From Porpidia crustulata (lineage: Eukaryota): 52,827 nucleotides of DNA. The notes under the pieces are model-generated. The model was not told the DNA's origin, made no database searches, and worked only from the letters and a program-made list of their open reading frames with translations. Both the position numbers and the translations under genes were made by a program. The stretch is taken from contig CAXUWE010000002.1 of NCBI GenBank assembly GCA_964255105.1, positions 1 to 52,827 of the forward strand, given 5' to 3'. Of the stretch, positions 35,877 through 48,763 are shown piece by piece (the stretch's first letter is position 1; each line of letters starts with the position of its first letter).

Positions 35877-38800
35877 ATGGACCGCTTTCGCATCAGGCTC
35901 AACTGCATCGACTACTATCAAGCAACGCCTACTGATCTTGATCCTGACTTACCGAGAAATAATGGAAGCGCGCAACGGCAGCCGCAGCCTAAGGTACCTG
36001 TTATCAGAGTCTTTGGAGCTACCGACACAGGAGAAAAGGTTTGCGCCCACATTCACGGCGCTTTTCCCTATCTCTACATCGAACATATTGGAAGTTTAAT
36101 CCCCAACGATGGTATGCAAAGCTATTGAGAATCTCGCTGGATCTCTAACAGACTCATAGTGGAGACATGCATAAACCGACTTCAACTTTCAATCGACTAC
36201 GCTCTTAGTGTAAGCTATCGCCGTAAATTGCATAGCAATGAGACTGCTTTTGTGGCGCATATCACTCTCGTCAAGGGAGTGCCCTTTTACGGTTACCATG
36301 TTGGCTATAAGTTCTTCCTAAAGGTATACTTACTCAATCCACTTCATATAAATCGATTAGCAGATTTATTGCGGCAAGGCTTGGTATTGAAGAGATTCAT
36401 CCAGCCATACGAGAGCCACATGCAGTATATACTACAGTGGATGTGTGATTATAATTTATACGGGTGTGCTTACATTAATTGTAGTCAAGTAAGATTACGG
36501 GAGCCTGTATCCGATCAGCTGAACACAAACAGCTCTACTCATAAAAATGTTGATCGGACGATGCCTAATTCATTCATATCCAGTGCAGATGCGTTGCCGC
36601 GACAGAGCCATTGTTCTATTGAAGTCGATGTGCACGTTCAGCACATACTCAATAGGCTCGATATCGAAGCCCGTCCTTTGCACCACGATTTCCTCGAGCG
36701 GAAGAAACCCACGACACTCGATGAGAAGCTAGTGCATAGTATGGCTGGACTTTGGCGAGATGAGACAAGGAGGCGGAAGCTAAAGATAGGAGACACGCGC
36801 TCTGATAGCTCCCCTTTTCCCGCAGACGTCCTGATTTCTATGTCTGCGGACCCAAGAAATTCCCAGCCAGGCGGGTGGATACACGAGCAGGAATACAAGG
36901 CACAAATAAACAATATTGTGGAACAAGAGAGGGCGGAGACTGATGGCCAGATTTTGTCATATGAAAAATTTGTTAAGGAACCGCCATTCGAAGCATGGAT
37001 TAAGACTAGTTTCGAAAGTGTTGAGGATCTCTTTCCCCAAAATCTGGAATATCTAGCCACATTACGGAAGGCAGCTGTTATCGATGATACGGACTTACAC
37101 ACACCTGATCATCAGGAAGCAGACGTCGACGAGAACCGGCTTTTGTCGTATGAAGAACAAGACTCTTCGTTTGAACCCGATGAATACCTAGCTTACGACA
37201 TGGAAAGATCGCAGGCAAAGCATGAAGACTATTCTGCGAATCACGTTGCGAATGAGTACAATGTTGGAATAGATATTCATCCTACCGTGGGACTGGAAGC
37301 CGAGAATTTCAGTAAGCAATCACCGGATCGATTGGAGCTGGTATCTTTCGGCGAAGCCCAAGGCCCCACAAGCTCCATAGAACTCCACGCGTCAGGTATC
37401 AGAGTTGGTGGAGACTACAGCCGCATTGAGGAAGATATGTTCGAAGTACCCTCAGACTATACGAGCGACCTCGCTGTCCCTATCAAGCTTCAGGCAACAA
37501 AGGGAAAGCGAGATCCGAGACCAGAGCCTCTTCAAAGAAAGCCTAGGGTTTCACATGGTGGCCACCGGGCGAGCATTGATACATCTGAGCTTCGCTCGGG
37601 TATTCGCCCTAGCGGGAGCAATGATTACGCTGCAGCAAATAATTCTCTGAGGCCGTTCAACTCATCTGAGCGCCGTGATCTTCCTGTGCAACGAAAGGAA
37701 TTTTTAAAAAGAAGACCCTCTTCGTTCAATTCATATCTGGACAACGGAGGCGAAAGCAGCGGCGCAAGGAGCAGAAACGGCCTATCCCTTCCACTCGAGA
37801 AAGACCTGCGATCTCCCAAAATATTACATAAGCTGAGCCAGCCATATAGCTCACCATTCGAAAGCTCTCAATCCTCCAAAACTAGATCAGCGCCGTCCGA
37901 TTTATCCTATAAGTGTGACTCTGTTTTATCTAGTGTTTCAAAGGACTCTTCCATTGAACGTAAATCGCCAATATGGCTCCCCTCGACTCAATTCATTGAA
38001 GTCGCCTCAAGATTGCAGTGCGAATACAAAGCGTTAGTCACAAGAAGCGTACTGTGGTTCGCGAAAGCGCCACCTACCGCTTTGAATGTAGCGGAAGATT
38101 TCGGGATCCTCGACGTCCCTGCAATCATATACCAGGATGCTCATTACAGTCAGGAGACAGACGTGCCCGAGCGTGCGAGAGAGTATGCAGGGAAGGAATT
38201 TAAGCTCGAAAGCACTACAGTCACATATCTTCCAGAATTCGACCTAACAGGAAGAACACTTGCTTGTCGGGGAGAGAAGCCTCGCATTGTTGTGGATAGA
38301 GGAATCGAGGAAAGGTTATATCGGCAGCATAGGACAGCATGCGACTTGAAGGCTTGGGAATTGGACAAGCAGCCACCGACAAGATCAGACGTGGAACGAT
38401 GGCTTGAAGAGAGCGACATTCTGGTAGACGTTAAGGCTAAAGAGGCCCTCTTACTGGCACCAAGGGAGGAACTGTCGCAAATTGTTGGCGCAACACAGAA
38501 AGACCGCCATGGCTTCAAATATTCGCAGAAGCAGACATCAACGAGTGTTCAGCACGAAACTCAATACATGAGCATCATGAGCCTCGAGATCCATGTCAAC
38601 ACAAGAGGAGAATTAGTGCCTAATCCAGAGGAGGACGAGGTCAGCTGTGCGTTCTGGTGTATACAGTCTGACGATGAGGATCTTGAAGTGAATGGTTTCA
38701 ATGGAAGAACTCATGTTGGTGTCCTTGTCTTATCGGCAAACGGCCAGCTCGGTTGTAGGATTGCAAAGCAGACAGCTGTCGAGGTTATCGAGGAAAGTAA

Positions 38801-41105
38801 CGAGCTCGACCTTATCAACCGGATGGTAGATATCGTCAGATACTATGATCCGGACATTCTCACGGGCTATGAGGTCCATGGTGGATCTTGGGGATATATG
38901 ATCGAGCGAGCACGGTGCAAATACGATTACAATCTCTGCGACGAGTTTTCTCGAATGATGTCGCATTCGCATGGGCGCTTCGGCAAAGAAGACGATCGAT
39001 GGGGGTTTAATCATACCTCCACCATCAGGGTGACTGGGCGACACATGATCAACATCTGGCGTGCAATGAGTGGTGAACTTAATCTATTGCAGTACACGAT
39101 GGAGAATGTTGTCTTCCACCTTCTACACCGGCGCATACCCCATTTCCAATTTCCAGATTTGACTGCCTGGTATTGCAGTGATAAGCCCCGAGACCTGTCC
39201 AAGGTTCTCACTTATTACATCACACGCGTGCAGCTCGATCTCGAAATCCTGGATCAAAATGAATTGATTCCAAGGACAAGCGAGCAAGCGCGCTTGCTTG
39301 GGGTTGACTTCTTTTCAGTCTTCTCAAGAGGGTCTCAGTTCAAGGTTGAGTCTCTAATGTTTCGTATTGCGAAACCAGAGAATTACATTCTACCGTCACC
39401 GAGTCGAAAACAAGTTGGCCAGCAAAATGCGTTGGAGTGTTTACCCTTAGTAATGGAGCCGCAGAGTGCCTTCTATAATAGTCCACTTGTAGTCCTCGAT
39501 TTTCAGTCATTATACCCTAGTGTAATGATTGCATACAACTACTGTTATTCTACCTTCCTTGGTAGAGTCGTCAGTTGGCGTGGTCTCAACAAGATGGGCT
39601 TCACGGACTATCAAAGAGAGCAAAGACTTCTTGAACTCTTTGGAGACCAAATCAATATTGCCCCGAATGGCATCATGTATGCAAAGCCAGAAATAAGAAA
39701 GTCTTTGCTAGCCAAGATGTTGGGCGAGATCCTTGAAACTCGAGTGATGGTAAAAAGTGGCATGAAAATTGATAAGGATGACAAGACGTTGCAGCGTCTG
39801 CTTAACAACAGACAGCTTGCGCTGAAGCTCATTGCAAATGTTACGTACGGCTATACTTCTGCGTCGTTCTCTGGACGCATGCCGAGCTCCGAGATCGCTG
39901 ATAGCATTGTACAGACTGGCCGCGAGACGTTGGAGAAAGCTATTGCACTTATCCATTCCGTCAAGAAATGGGGAGCTGAAGTTGTTTATGGAGACACCGA
40001 TAGCCTGTTCGTTTATCTTAAGGGCCGTACAAAGGAGAAAGCTTTTGATATTGGTAACGAGATTGCGGGGACGATCACCAAGATGAACCCAAGACCCGTG
40101 AAACTTAAATTTGAAAAAGTATACTTTCCTTGCGTGCTTTTAGCTAAGAAACGATATGTGGGCTTCAAATACGAAAGCAAGGACCAAAGAGAACCCGAAT
40201 TTGATGCCAAGGGCATCGAGACGGTTCGCCGAGATGGCACTCCTGCTGAGCAAAAGATTGAGGAGAAGGTTCTGAGGATCCTCTTTCAAACTGCCGATCT
40301 TAGTCAAATCAAGTCTTACTTCCAACGCGAGTGTGCAAAGATAATGAAGGGCAAGGTATCCATCCAGGATTTTTGCTTTGCAAGGGAAGTTAAGCTCGGC
40401 ACCTATAGTGATAGAGGACCTCCCCCACCAGGGGCGCTCATAAGTACGAGGAGGATGTTAGAAGACCCTCGCGCGGAGCCCCAGTATGGCGAACGAGTTC
40501 CTTATGTTGTCATCACTGGCGCGCCAGGTGCTCGATTGATAGACCGTTGTGTCGCTCCCCACGTACTTTTGCACGACGAACACACTGAATTGGATGCTGA
40601 ATACTATATTTTGAAAAATATTATACCACCACTCGAACGAATATTGAATCTTGTAGGAGCTAATGTCAGACAGTGGTATGATGAAATGCCAAAATTCCAG
40701 CGTGTGCGCCGCGTCGAGGCCGGCGCTCTTTCGACTGGAAGAGAGATGATGATCTCGAGGAAAACTCTCGAGTCTTACATGAAATCTTCGTTGTGCTTAG
40801 TGTGCCGTGAAAGGTTAGAGGAAGAAATTGCCATATGCAGTAAGTGTCTGCGCCATGCAGACACTTCACTACTCAAACTGCAGACAAAGCTCAATAGAGC
40901 AGATCGGAAAGCCATAGACCTCGAAAATGTCTGTCGATCTTGCGCCAATTTGTCATGGGGAGAAGACGTCAAATGTGATAGTAAGGACTGTCCGGTGTTC
41001 TATTCAAGGGCAAGGAACATTTCGAGTCGGCAGAGTTTTAAAAATGTCGCAGAGCCGATCATTGGTGTTTTGGAAGAGTTGGGAAAGGAGCGGCTTAGAT
41101 GGTAG
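35877..41105 (+). CDS. REV3: DNA polymerase zeta catalytic subunit, 2 exons
   Basis: MDRFRIRLNCIDYYQ...VPVIRVFG...HIHGAFPYLY; intron 36112-36159. B-family motifs VLDFQSLYPS, QLALKLIANVTYGY, YGDTDS, KKRYVG. C-terminal CysA/CysB metal-binding motifs. Confidence 0.98.
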
Positions 41106-41510
41106 GCAGAACATCGACTCAGATATGGGCTTAGCATTGCAGGCGCAGCATCTGGTATACCCTGGGATATTTTACCGTTTGGTTTCTATCATGGAGTCTG
41201 TGGACTTCACAGGACTCACGAGGATGGCTCTTGATTCTAGCATAGTTAAATAGCACGGCGGAGCGGGTTTTCTTCTTACTTTAAGAACCGAATCTGTCAA
41301 TATCTAAAACAGAGACACCTTGAGCACTCTTGATTTTCTAGTAATCTCAGGAGATCTCTGGCCTAGAAGATCCTGTTTAGATATTCAAACACTCGAATAA
41401 TAGAGATCTGACAATGAGGATTCGCGTATCGTTGATGGCATCCATCTCTACATCTGGGTAACGTGTTTGACACACCACCATGCGCTTGAGCTTCAGGTAA
41501 TCATGACGCG

Positions 41511-44177
41511 ATGGGCAGTTTTATCACATATGTTACTATTTACATCATCGGTGGTTTGACTCTTCTTCCCATCGTTTTCTGCCTACTACTGCTACTTGTA
41601 TATTTAACATCCCCAAAGCGCCGATTCAACCCTCACCCTGCTCTGGATACTATCCACGATCCCAGCGATGACGGTCATAATATCAGCTCCCACCCAGGTG
41701 TCTCGACACTGGCAAAGCAGTTCCAGCGAGGTCACGAGCCTGATGTTGCCGCGGGCTACTTTGCGGTGTGCCGTGAGTACGTTCCCGGTGGTATCAACGG
41801 AAAACCACCGGAAAGGACTACACCGGCGGGAGCTGTAGTCGCTACGGAGAGTCCAAGTGTATATCAGAGCATGTACAGAACCATATTCGACAAGAAGCAG
41901 GCGCCAACAATAGATTCTGGTAAAGGGAATAGCAAAAATATTCGGAGAGCTCGGAACGTATTTTTCGTCGTTCTGAGACATGGTCACCTCATGCTCTATG
42001 ATGACTCCGAGCAAGTGGAAGTCAGGCATGTCATATCTCTTGAGCACCACAACGTCAGTGTATACAATGGTGGTGAGGAGATTCCCGAGGGCGAGCTATG
42101 GATTAAGAGAAATGCCATACAACTATCACGGAAACCTAGCATTGAGGACGCTTTATCTAGCACGAAGCCATTCTTCTTGTTCTCTGAGGATTGTTCCGAA
42201 AAGGAAGATTTCTACTTTGCTTTACTACAGAACCAGGATGTGAAGCCTGATGGGTTGGACAACCCACCTAGACCGTTACAATATGACGTGAAGCATATTA
42301 TCACGCTGGTACAAAAGTTGCATTCTTCCGAGGAGCAGCTACAGACCAGATGGGTCAACGCTCTACTGGGAAGATTGTTCTTGGCTCTATATAGGACCCA
42401 AGAAATTGAGGATTTTATACGGAGGAAGATAACCAAGAAAATCTCGCGGGTCAACAAGCCAGCCTTCCTCTCGGGTATCATTCTGCAAAAAATACATATG
42501 GGAGATAGCGCACCCTATATCACGAATCCTAAATTGAAAGATCTTACAGTAGACGGCGATTGCTGCGCTGAAGCAGACTTCAAGTATAGCGGCAATTTCA
42601 GATTAGAAATTGCGACCACCGCTCGCATTGACCTTGGAGCTCGCTTCAAAGCTCGGGAGGTGAATCTAATCCTCGCTGTAGTACTGAAGAAGCTCGAGGG
42701 CCATGGCCTAGTACGATTTAAACCACCTCCCAGCAATCGTATCTGGGTCGCTTTTGAAACAATGCCCGAGATTGAGATGACAATAGAGCCAATTGTCAGC
42801 TCGAGGCAGATTACATACAGCATCATTCTTCGTGCAATCGAGAGCAGGATCAGGGAGGTCATAGCTGAGACTTTGGTATTGCCCAACTGGGACGATGTAC
42901 CCTTCACCGATACCAGGCGCCAAAGATTCAGAGGAGGTATATGGGCAGGCAGAGACGACTCTGCTTCGTCTACAGTACACACCGTGATACCGGATGAGGA
43001 GGCTCTGGACGACCATGGGCATGATACTACTGCTGGCTCTGAACGTCGCTCGTCATCACATTCCAAAGACGACGACAGGACATTCAGTCTGCCTGTCCTT
43101 TCAGACACGTCAGTGCTAGGCGTTACGGCGCGGAAATCAGCCGAGCCTTCTCAAACACTCGTCAACAAGACAGAGAATGCAATTTCTACGGGGAGCCAAA
43201 GAAATCCTCAGCCCCCAAAAGCTATGAGGTCGCGATCCTTCGCGTCCGCAGCGGAGCCTCTCGTAACCAAGAACAACGCAAATGTGGACTCCGCGAAGCA
43301 TGATGCGAAAAAGAAGCAGCGCAGGGATGCTACAAGTACATTTATAGCCATCTCGAATCGCTCCCGGCCCACATCGCCCACTGAGACGCCACTTGGATCA
43401 CCCGCTGACCCTTCAATATTATGGGATAACACCACGCCTTCCGTACAATCGTCCTCCCACACATCGGTGGGAGCCAATGGCGTGGCAGATGAATCCTTGA
43501 CTGATAGTAATTTGGACAGCCCCAGTATATCTTCATTTGCTCCAGCGCATTCGAGCGCAAGCTCTCGCTCCTCGATTGTGGGCTTCGGGAATGATGAGCA
43601 GTACTCCAACTCACTGAATTCAGAGTCTCGATCGATGGGTATGTCGGAGAAAAGACAGTCACTTGCATCGATAGGAGCGGCTGCAGCTGCCGCAAAGAGT
43701 TGGGGCTGGAATGCTATAAGCCGGACTAAAGAACAGAGAGCGCTCGCAAGCCTTTCTCCTGCTGTGAACCGGGCAGGAACCCCCGACCATCCTATAGGAC
43801 GTGGACGTCCATTACCTCCCCCAGGCCAACCACTGCCGCCACCTGAGCGGCCGAGCACAAAGGTTCCGCAAAACAGTGTGCCGAGAAGGAAGCCGTTGCC
43901 TCCACCAATACTGTCAGACTGGCGACAAGATGAGACGGTTACCCGGCCTATACCGGTGCCTCCGCGTCCAACGCGAAAGACTTCGTATAATTCACTTCGA
44001 AGCAATACTGCTGACGAAGGTCTCATGGTCGTTGAAGCCCCACAGCCCGAACCAGCAACTCCAACAAACGACGACCAGCCACTTTCCGGAACTCTAGTCA
44101 GGAACACACATGATGGTGATGGTGAAGCCGAGTTGAAAAGTACGGCCAGATCCGTCTCCACTCATGACCGTGGTTGA
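41511..44177 (+). CDS. NVJ2: TM-PH-SMP membrane contact site protein (Nvj2/Tex2 family)
   Basis: N-terminal TM (YIIGGLTLLP), PH-like FFVVLRHGHLMLYDD...LWIKRNAIQL...EKEDFYFAL, SMP domain TRWVNALLGRLFL...FKPPPSNRIW...ETLVLPNWDDVPF, and a disordered tail. Confidence 0.88.
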   Translation: MGSFITYVTIYIIGGLTLLPIVFCLLLLLVYLTSPKRRFNPHPALDTIHDPSDDGHNISSHPGVSTLAKQFQRGHEPDVAAGYFAVCREYVPGGINGKPPERTTPAGAVVATESPSVYQSMYRTIFDKKQAPTIDSGKGNSKNIRRARNVFFVVLRHGHLMLYDDSEQVEVRHVISLEHHNVSVYNGGEEIPEGELWIKRNAIQLSRKPSIEDALSSTKPFFLFSEDCSEKEDFYFALLQNQDVKPDGLDNPPRPLQYDVKHIITLVQKLHSSEEQLQTRWVNALLGRLFLALYRTQEIEDFIRRKITKKISRVNKPAFLSGIILQKIHMGDSAPYITNPKLKDLTVDGDCCAEADFKYSGNFRLEIATTARIDLGARFKAREVNLILAVVLKKLEGHGLVRFKPPPSNRIWVAFETMPEIEMTIEPIVSSRQITYSIILRAIESRIREVIAETLVLPNWDDVPFTDTRRQRFRGGIWAGRDDSASSTVHTVIPDEEALDDHGHDTTAGSERRSSSHSKDDDRTFSLPVLSDTSVLGVTARKSAEPSQTLVNKTENAISTGSQRNPQPPKAMRSRSFASAAEPLVTKNNANVDSAKHDAKKKQRRDATSTFIAISNRSRPTSPTETPLGSPADPSILWDNTTPSVQSSSHTSVGANGVADESLTDSNLDSPSISSFAPAHSSASSRSSIVGFGNDEQYSNSLNSESRSMGMSEKRQSLASIGAAAAAAKSWGWNAISRTKEQRALASLSPAVNRAGTPDHPIGRGRPLPPPGQPLPPPERPSTKVPQNSVPRRKPLPPPILSDWRQDETVTRPIPVPPRPTRKTSYNSLRSNTADEGLMVVEAPQPEPATPTNDDQPLSGTLVRNTHDGDGEAELKSTARSVSTHDRG

Positions 44178-44706
44178 TAGATTTAAGAGTCGACGAATAT
44201 CAGGCATCGATCGAATTCACCAGGGTGGATTTGAATTCACAAGTAACCAACCTTTGTGAGGCGGGAGGCTGAACAGAGGTCCAGGGGCATTTACACGCAA
44301 ACTTCTACTTGTACATGATTTGTTAAGGCTCCTACTCTATCGTCAACTATGACATACTTTACGCAGTCATTGCCTTTCTGTGCTTGTCATCCCGTCCTGT
44401 CAGCTCCGGTGTAGAACACCAATAAATTAATCGCGGGCTAATTGAAGCTTGAGACAGGGTACCAAAAGTCGTCGTAAGTTTCCAAAGACATCGGTTGAAA
44501 CTCTCTTCTTTGCAACATGAGCGGTGATGAGAAGACCAATTGTTACTTTGGCGTGAAAGCTTTCTAGGTAACCTGAGCATGCAAATATTTGATCGTATCA
44601 ACAGTACAATCATCTTAAGGCCTTGTGTGTATTATCAAAGTTTCGTTGCTCAACCCTAGTACCAGGTGTTGTCAGAAGTCCTGCTCGGTGCAGATTGCTA
44701 TCTCCT

Positions 44707-44803
44707 TACTCGTTTCCACCCCTCAACGGACCACCCCAAACAAAACTAGTCGGTATAACCCTAACCCTAGGTAGAATGATCCGTTGAGGGGTGGGAACGA
44801 GTA
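44707..44803. mobile_element. 97-bp MITE-like element with 24-bp inverted ends including flanking TA
   Basis: TACTCGTTTCCACCCCTCAACGGA (44707-44730) is the reverse complement of TCCGTTGAGGGGTGGGAACGAGTA (44780-44803) with one mismatch. TA at both outer ends fits a Tc1/mariner-type target duplication. The 49-nt core contains TAACCCTAACCCT. Confidence 0.62.
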
Positions 44804-45114
44804 CGTAAGCGGCCAATTTCGAGGCTCCAGTCCAGAATGGAATATTAGATATTGACGTGGACTCACGAAAGAACCATTATTGCCTGGACGTCCGTAAATG
44901 CCCAATGAATTTACGCTTGGCTGTAGAAGATTCAAGGCGACAAGGCCATCAATGATATAAATGCCAGTCAACTGTTTGCGTAACCAGTGTTCACGGCAGG
45001 CGTCAGCTTTTTGCAGGCTCACACATTTGCCTGCCTGATATCTCCATTTCTCTTGTCGTAGGATCAACGTTAATTCTACTGCTATGCGCTCTCAGCATAT
45101 AAGTCAAAGCCGGA

Positions 45115-48100
45115 ATGTATAATCACGGTGGAAACACCACGCGCAATGTGGATATAAGCAAGTGAGGCCTCCTCATGCTTCACGAAGTTATGGAAGCTCG
45201 GAAATCATCAGCGAGCTGATATAAAGACCAGATCTGAGACCGAACTGGCCATCAATATTCGCAAAGCTACGAGTATAGGTCAGCGATACCTAGATCTTTG
45301 ACCATTACAAGAAGCCAAGCTAATCCCTCTATCTTGCTCAGAGGAAACTGCCCCCAAACGTAGATTATTCGCATCTATAGCCTATGAAGGAGGCCCTGAG
45401 CTGATAGATACTAGGCAAACACGTTCGCGCCTCTATTGTTTACACATGGGACCACAAGTCTTCGCAGTCGTTTTGGGCGGGCATGAAAGTGTGGGTCTAC
45501 AAGAGCTCGACTCTGTTGAGTCCCCCAAAGGTGCACTTGATCAGACCATGCTGACCGAGCTCTTATTCTTTCCTTTCTAGGCAGCCTATCCTTGCCGACG
45601 AAGTCCAGACCTTCAAAGCCCTGATCACCGTGCACAAGGTAATGCAGGAAGGGCATCCAATTGCAGTCAAGGAGGCCCAGGGGAACGTTAATTGGCTGGA
45701 AAGCTTGACAAGAGGAGTTTCGGGAGAAGGCCCTAGAGGTTCGTTTTTATAAAGCTCTATAGCTATCCCGAGGATGAGAGTTCTTCATAGGAAAAATCCC
45801 ATACAACAGGGCGAGACTGACAACGTGATTAGGATACGGACCTCTAATCAGAGAATATGTCTATTTCCTGCTTGCAAAACTGGCGTTCCACAGGCAGCAT
45901 CCTGAGTTCAACGGTCTCTTCGAGTACGAAGAATATATAAGCCTGAAATCGATTAACGATCCCAATGAAGGATATGAGACAATATCTGATCTGATGACTC
46001 TTCAGGATCAGATAGATTCCTTCCAAAAACTCATTTTCTCCCATTTCCGAAGTGGCGCAAATAACGAGTGCAGAATATCAGCATTAGTACCGTTAGTCCA
46101 AGAAAGCTATGGTATTTATAAATTCGTTACAAGCATGCTTCGAGCAATGCACACCACGACCGGAGATAATGAGGCTCTTGAGCCTTTGCGCGGGAGATAT
46201 GACACACAACACTACCGACTACTCAAATTCTACTATGAGTGCTCTAATCTTCGATATCTGACTAGTTTAATTACAGTGCCTAAGCTACCGCAAGAGCCAC
46301 CCAGCTTACTTGCAGAGGACGAAGACAAACCAGCTTTGCCTAAGCGACCAGCTAAGGAACTCGAGGTCAGGGATGCTCCAACATCAACGCCTCCTGTGAC
46401 GTTAGCACGAGATCCTGAACCCATCAATGAATTTTGGAAAGTTGAACAGCGACGGCTGCAGGATGAATACGATGCGGAACAGCGAAGGTTGCAAGAACAG
46501 TGGAACCAACAACAATACCAGCAACAATTAGCACAGCAGCAAGCAGAGCGAGAGTTTGAGGAACAGCGGCGCTTGCAAGCTGAGCAGCAACAGTTAGCCC
46601 AAGAACAATTGATGCGTGACCAATACCAACAGCAGACGCAAGGCCGAATGGCTGAATTAGAACGAGAAAATCTCAATGCTCGAGCACAATACGAACAAGA
46701 CCAGCTAATGCTCGAGCAGTATGATCGAAGGATGAAAGATCTTGAGAATCAACTAATTCAATTGAACAACAATTTCGGTCAACAGACTTCTTCCAAGGAT
46801 GACCAAATTCGGGCACTGCAAGAACAGGTCAATACGTGGCGTAGCAAGTACGAAGCCCTGGCAAAGCTGTATTCCCAGCTACGCCATGAGCATCTGGATC
46901 TCTTGCAGAAGTTCAAGGGAGTTCAACTGAAAGCCGCTTCAGCTCAAGAAGCAATCGACAAGCGAGAAAAATTGGAGCGCGAGATCAAGACGAAGAATCT
47001 GGACCTTGCGGATATGATCCGTGAGAGAGACCGAGCTCTACACGAGAAAGACCGATCCACTGGAGGACATAGAGAAGAGATCGAGAAACTCAAGCGCGAG
47101 CTTCGCTTTGCTCTCGAGAAGGCGGAAAATATTGAACGTGCGAAGGGCAATGAGTTGTCTTCCATGCTATCAAAGTACAATAGGGAAATGGCGGACCTCG
47201 AGGAAGCACTACGAAATAAGACCCACGCTCTGGATGATGTTCATTCGAAATTTGGAGAGCGAGACGGCAATCTCGAGCGCCAGTTGCGCGATAAGGAAGA
47301 AGAGCTTGAGATCTACAAATCAGGGATGGACCAGACTTTGCTTGAGCTTAACGAATTAAGAATGAACGGCGGGGATACCGACAAGGCCTTCGATGCCCAA
47401 ATTGATCAAGTCCTCCTGGGCAACATCCAGAAGATCAACGACATAATCGATTCTGTCCTACAAAGTGGTGTGCAGCGTGTGGATGATGCGCTCTACGAGC
47501 TTGACTCCTCGATGCAAGCAGGGAACCAAAATGCTTCAGCACCATATGTATTATCACAAATCGAAAGAGCATCGTCAAGTGCCACCGAATTCTCCACTGC
47601 TTTCAACAACTTCATTGCAGACGGACCCGATAGTCCCCATGCTGCGATTATCCGTACGATCAATGTCTTTGCTAGCTCCATTGCAGACGTCCTCAGTAAC
47701 ACTAAAGGACTCACTCGATTCGCTACAGAAGAGAAGAATGCAGATCAGCTCATAAACGCTGCTCGGGAATCAGCACTCTCTACTGTCAAATTTTTTCGTA
47801 ACCTCCAATCTTTCCGTCTCGAAGATTTAGAAGCTACTAGGAGAACAGATGTTGTCATCAATAGCAATCACGAAGTCCTGATGAACCTCCAGAAACTCTC
47901 GAAACTTGCCGATGTTTTTGCTCCTAAGTCAAACAAAATCACCAACGCTTCTGGAGATCTCGGGGACCTTGTAGATCGCGAGCTCATTAATGCTGCGAAA
48001 GCCATTGACGCTGCTGCTGCGCGCCTAGACAAGATGATGAAGGAACCCAGAGACGGTTACAGTACCTACGAGCTTCGTATCCACGACAGTATTCTCGAAT

Positions 48101-48763
48101 CCGCCATTGCCATTACTAACGCTATCGCTCAATTGATCAAGGCTGCTACTGCTTCCCAGCAGGAAATCGTCAAAGAAGGCCGTGGCTCTTCGTCCCGGAC
48201 GGCCTTTTACAAGAGAAATAATCGTTGGACCGAAGGCCTCATCTCCGCAGCTAAAGCCGTTGCTTCCTCCACTAATACACTTATAGAGACTGCTGATGGC
48301 GTCATCAGCGGTAGGAATAACCCGGAGCAGCTGATTGTGGCAAGTAACGATGTCACAGCGTCCACTGCACAGCTTGTGGCCGCTAGTAGGGTTAAGGCCA
48401 ACTTTGGAAGCCGAACGCAGGACAAACTCGAAGCAGCGAGCAAGGCAGTCGGTAAGGCCTGCAGAAGCCTAGTAAGGCAAGTACAAGATATCGTTGCCCA
48501 GAAAAACAAGGATGAGGGTGACGATGTGGATTATGGTGCATTGAGCGGGCATGAGTTCAAGGTCCGAGAGATGGAACAGCGGGTCAGTAGAATCTCAGGC
48601 AATTTTCTCTCCGCTGCAGGAACACAGTACGCGCTTGGCCGAAGTTGGATTTTCGCTAATATTCTACTCCATACAGGTCGAGATTGTCCAATTGACGAAT
48701 AGGCTCGATCAAGCAAGACTAAGGTTGGGCGAAATGCGAAAGATCTCGTACCAGGAAGATTAG
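45115..48763 (+). CDS. SLA2: Endocytic adaptor Sla2/End4 (ANTH, coiled coil, I/LWEQ), multi-exon
   Basis: SETELAINIRKATSI/EETAPK/RKHVRASIVYTWDHKS, QPILADEVQTFKALITVHKVMQEGHP, FYKRNNRWTEGLISAAKAVA, STAQLVAASRVKA. Ends RLGEMRKISYQED-TAG. Confidence 0.97.

Noticed and set aside
35383..35877. 164-aa minus-strand ORF starting at the REV3 ATG
   Set aside because: Non-ATG start, composition unlike a real protein, and it crosses promoter and UTR-like sequence.
43208..44161. 317-aa antisense ORF over NVJ2
   Set aside because: Shadow of the low-complexity C-terminal coding region.
44756..44768. TAACCCTAACCCT as an interstitial telomere or chromosome fusion scar
   Set aside because: Only two units, and better explained as the core of the MITE-like element.
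46450..46640. CAA/CAG-rich repetitive tract in SLA2
   Set aside because: Ordinary Gln/Glu-rich coiled-coil region of Sla2.
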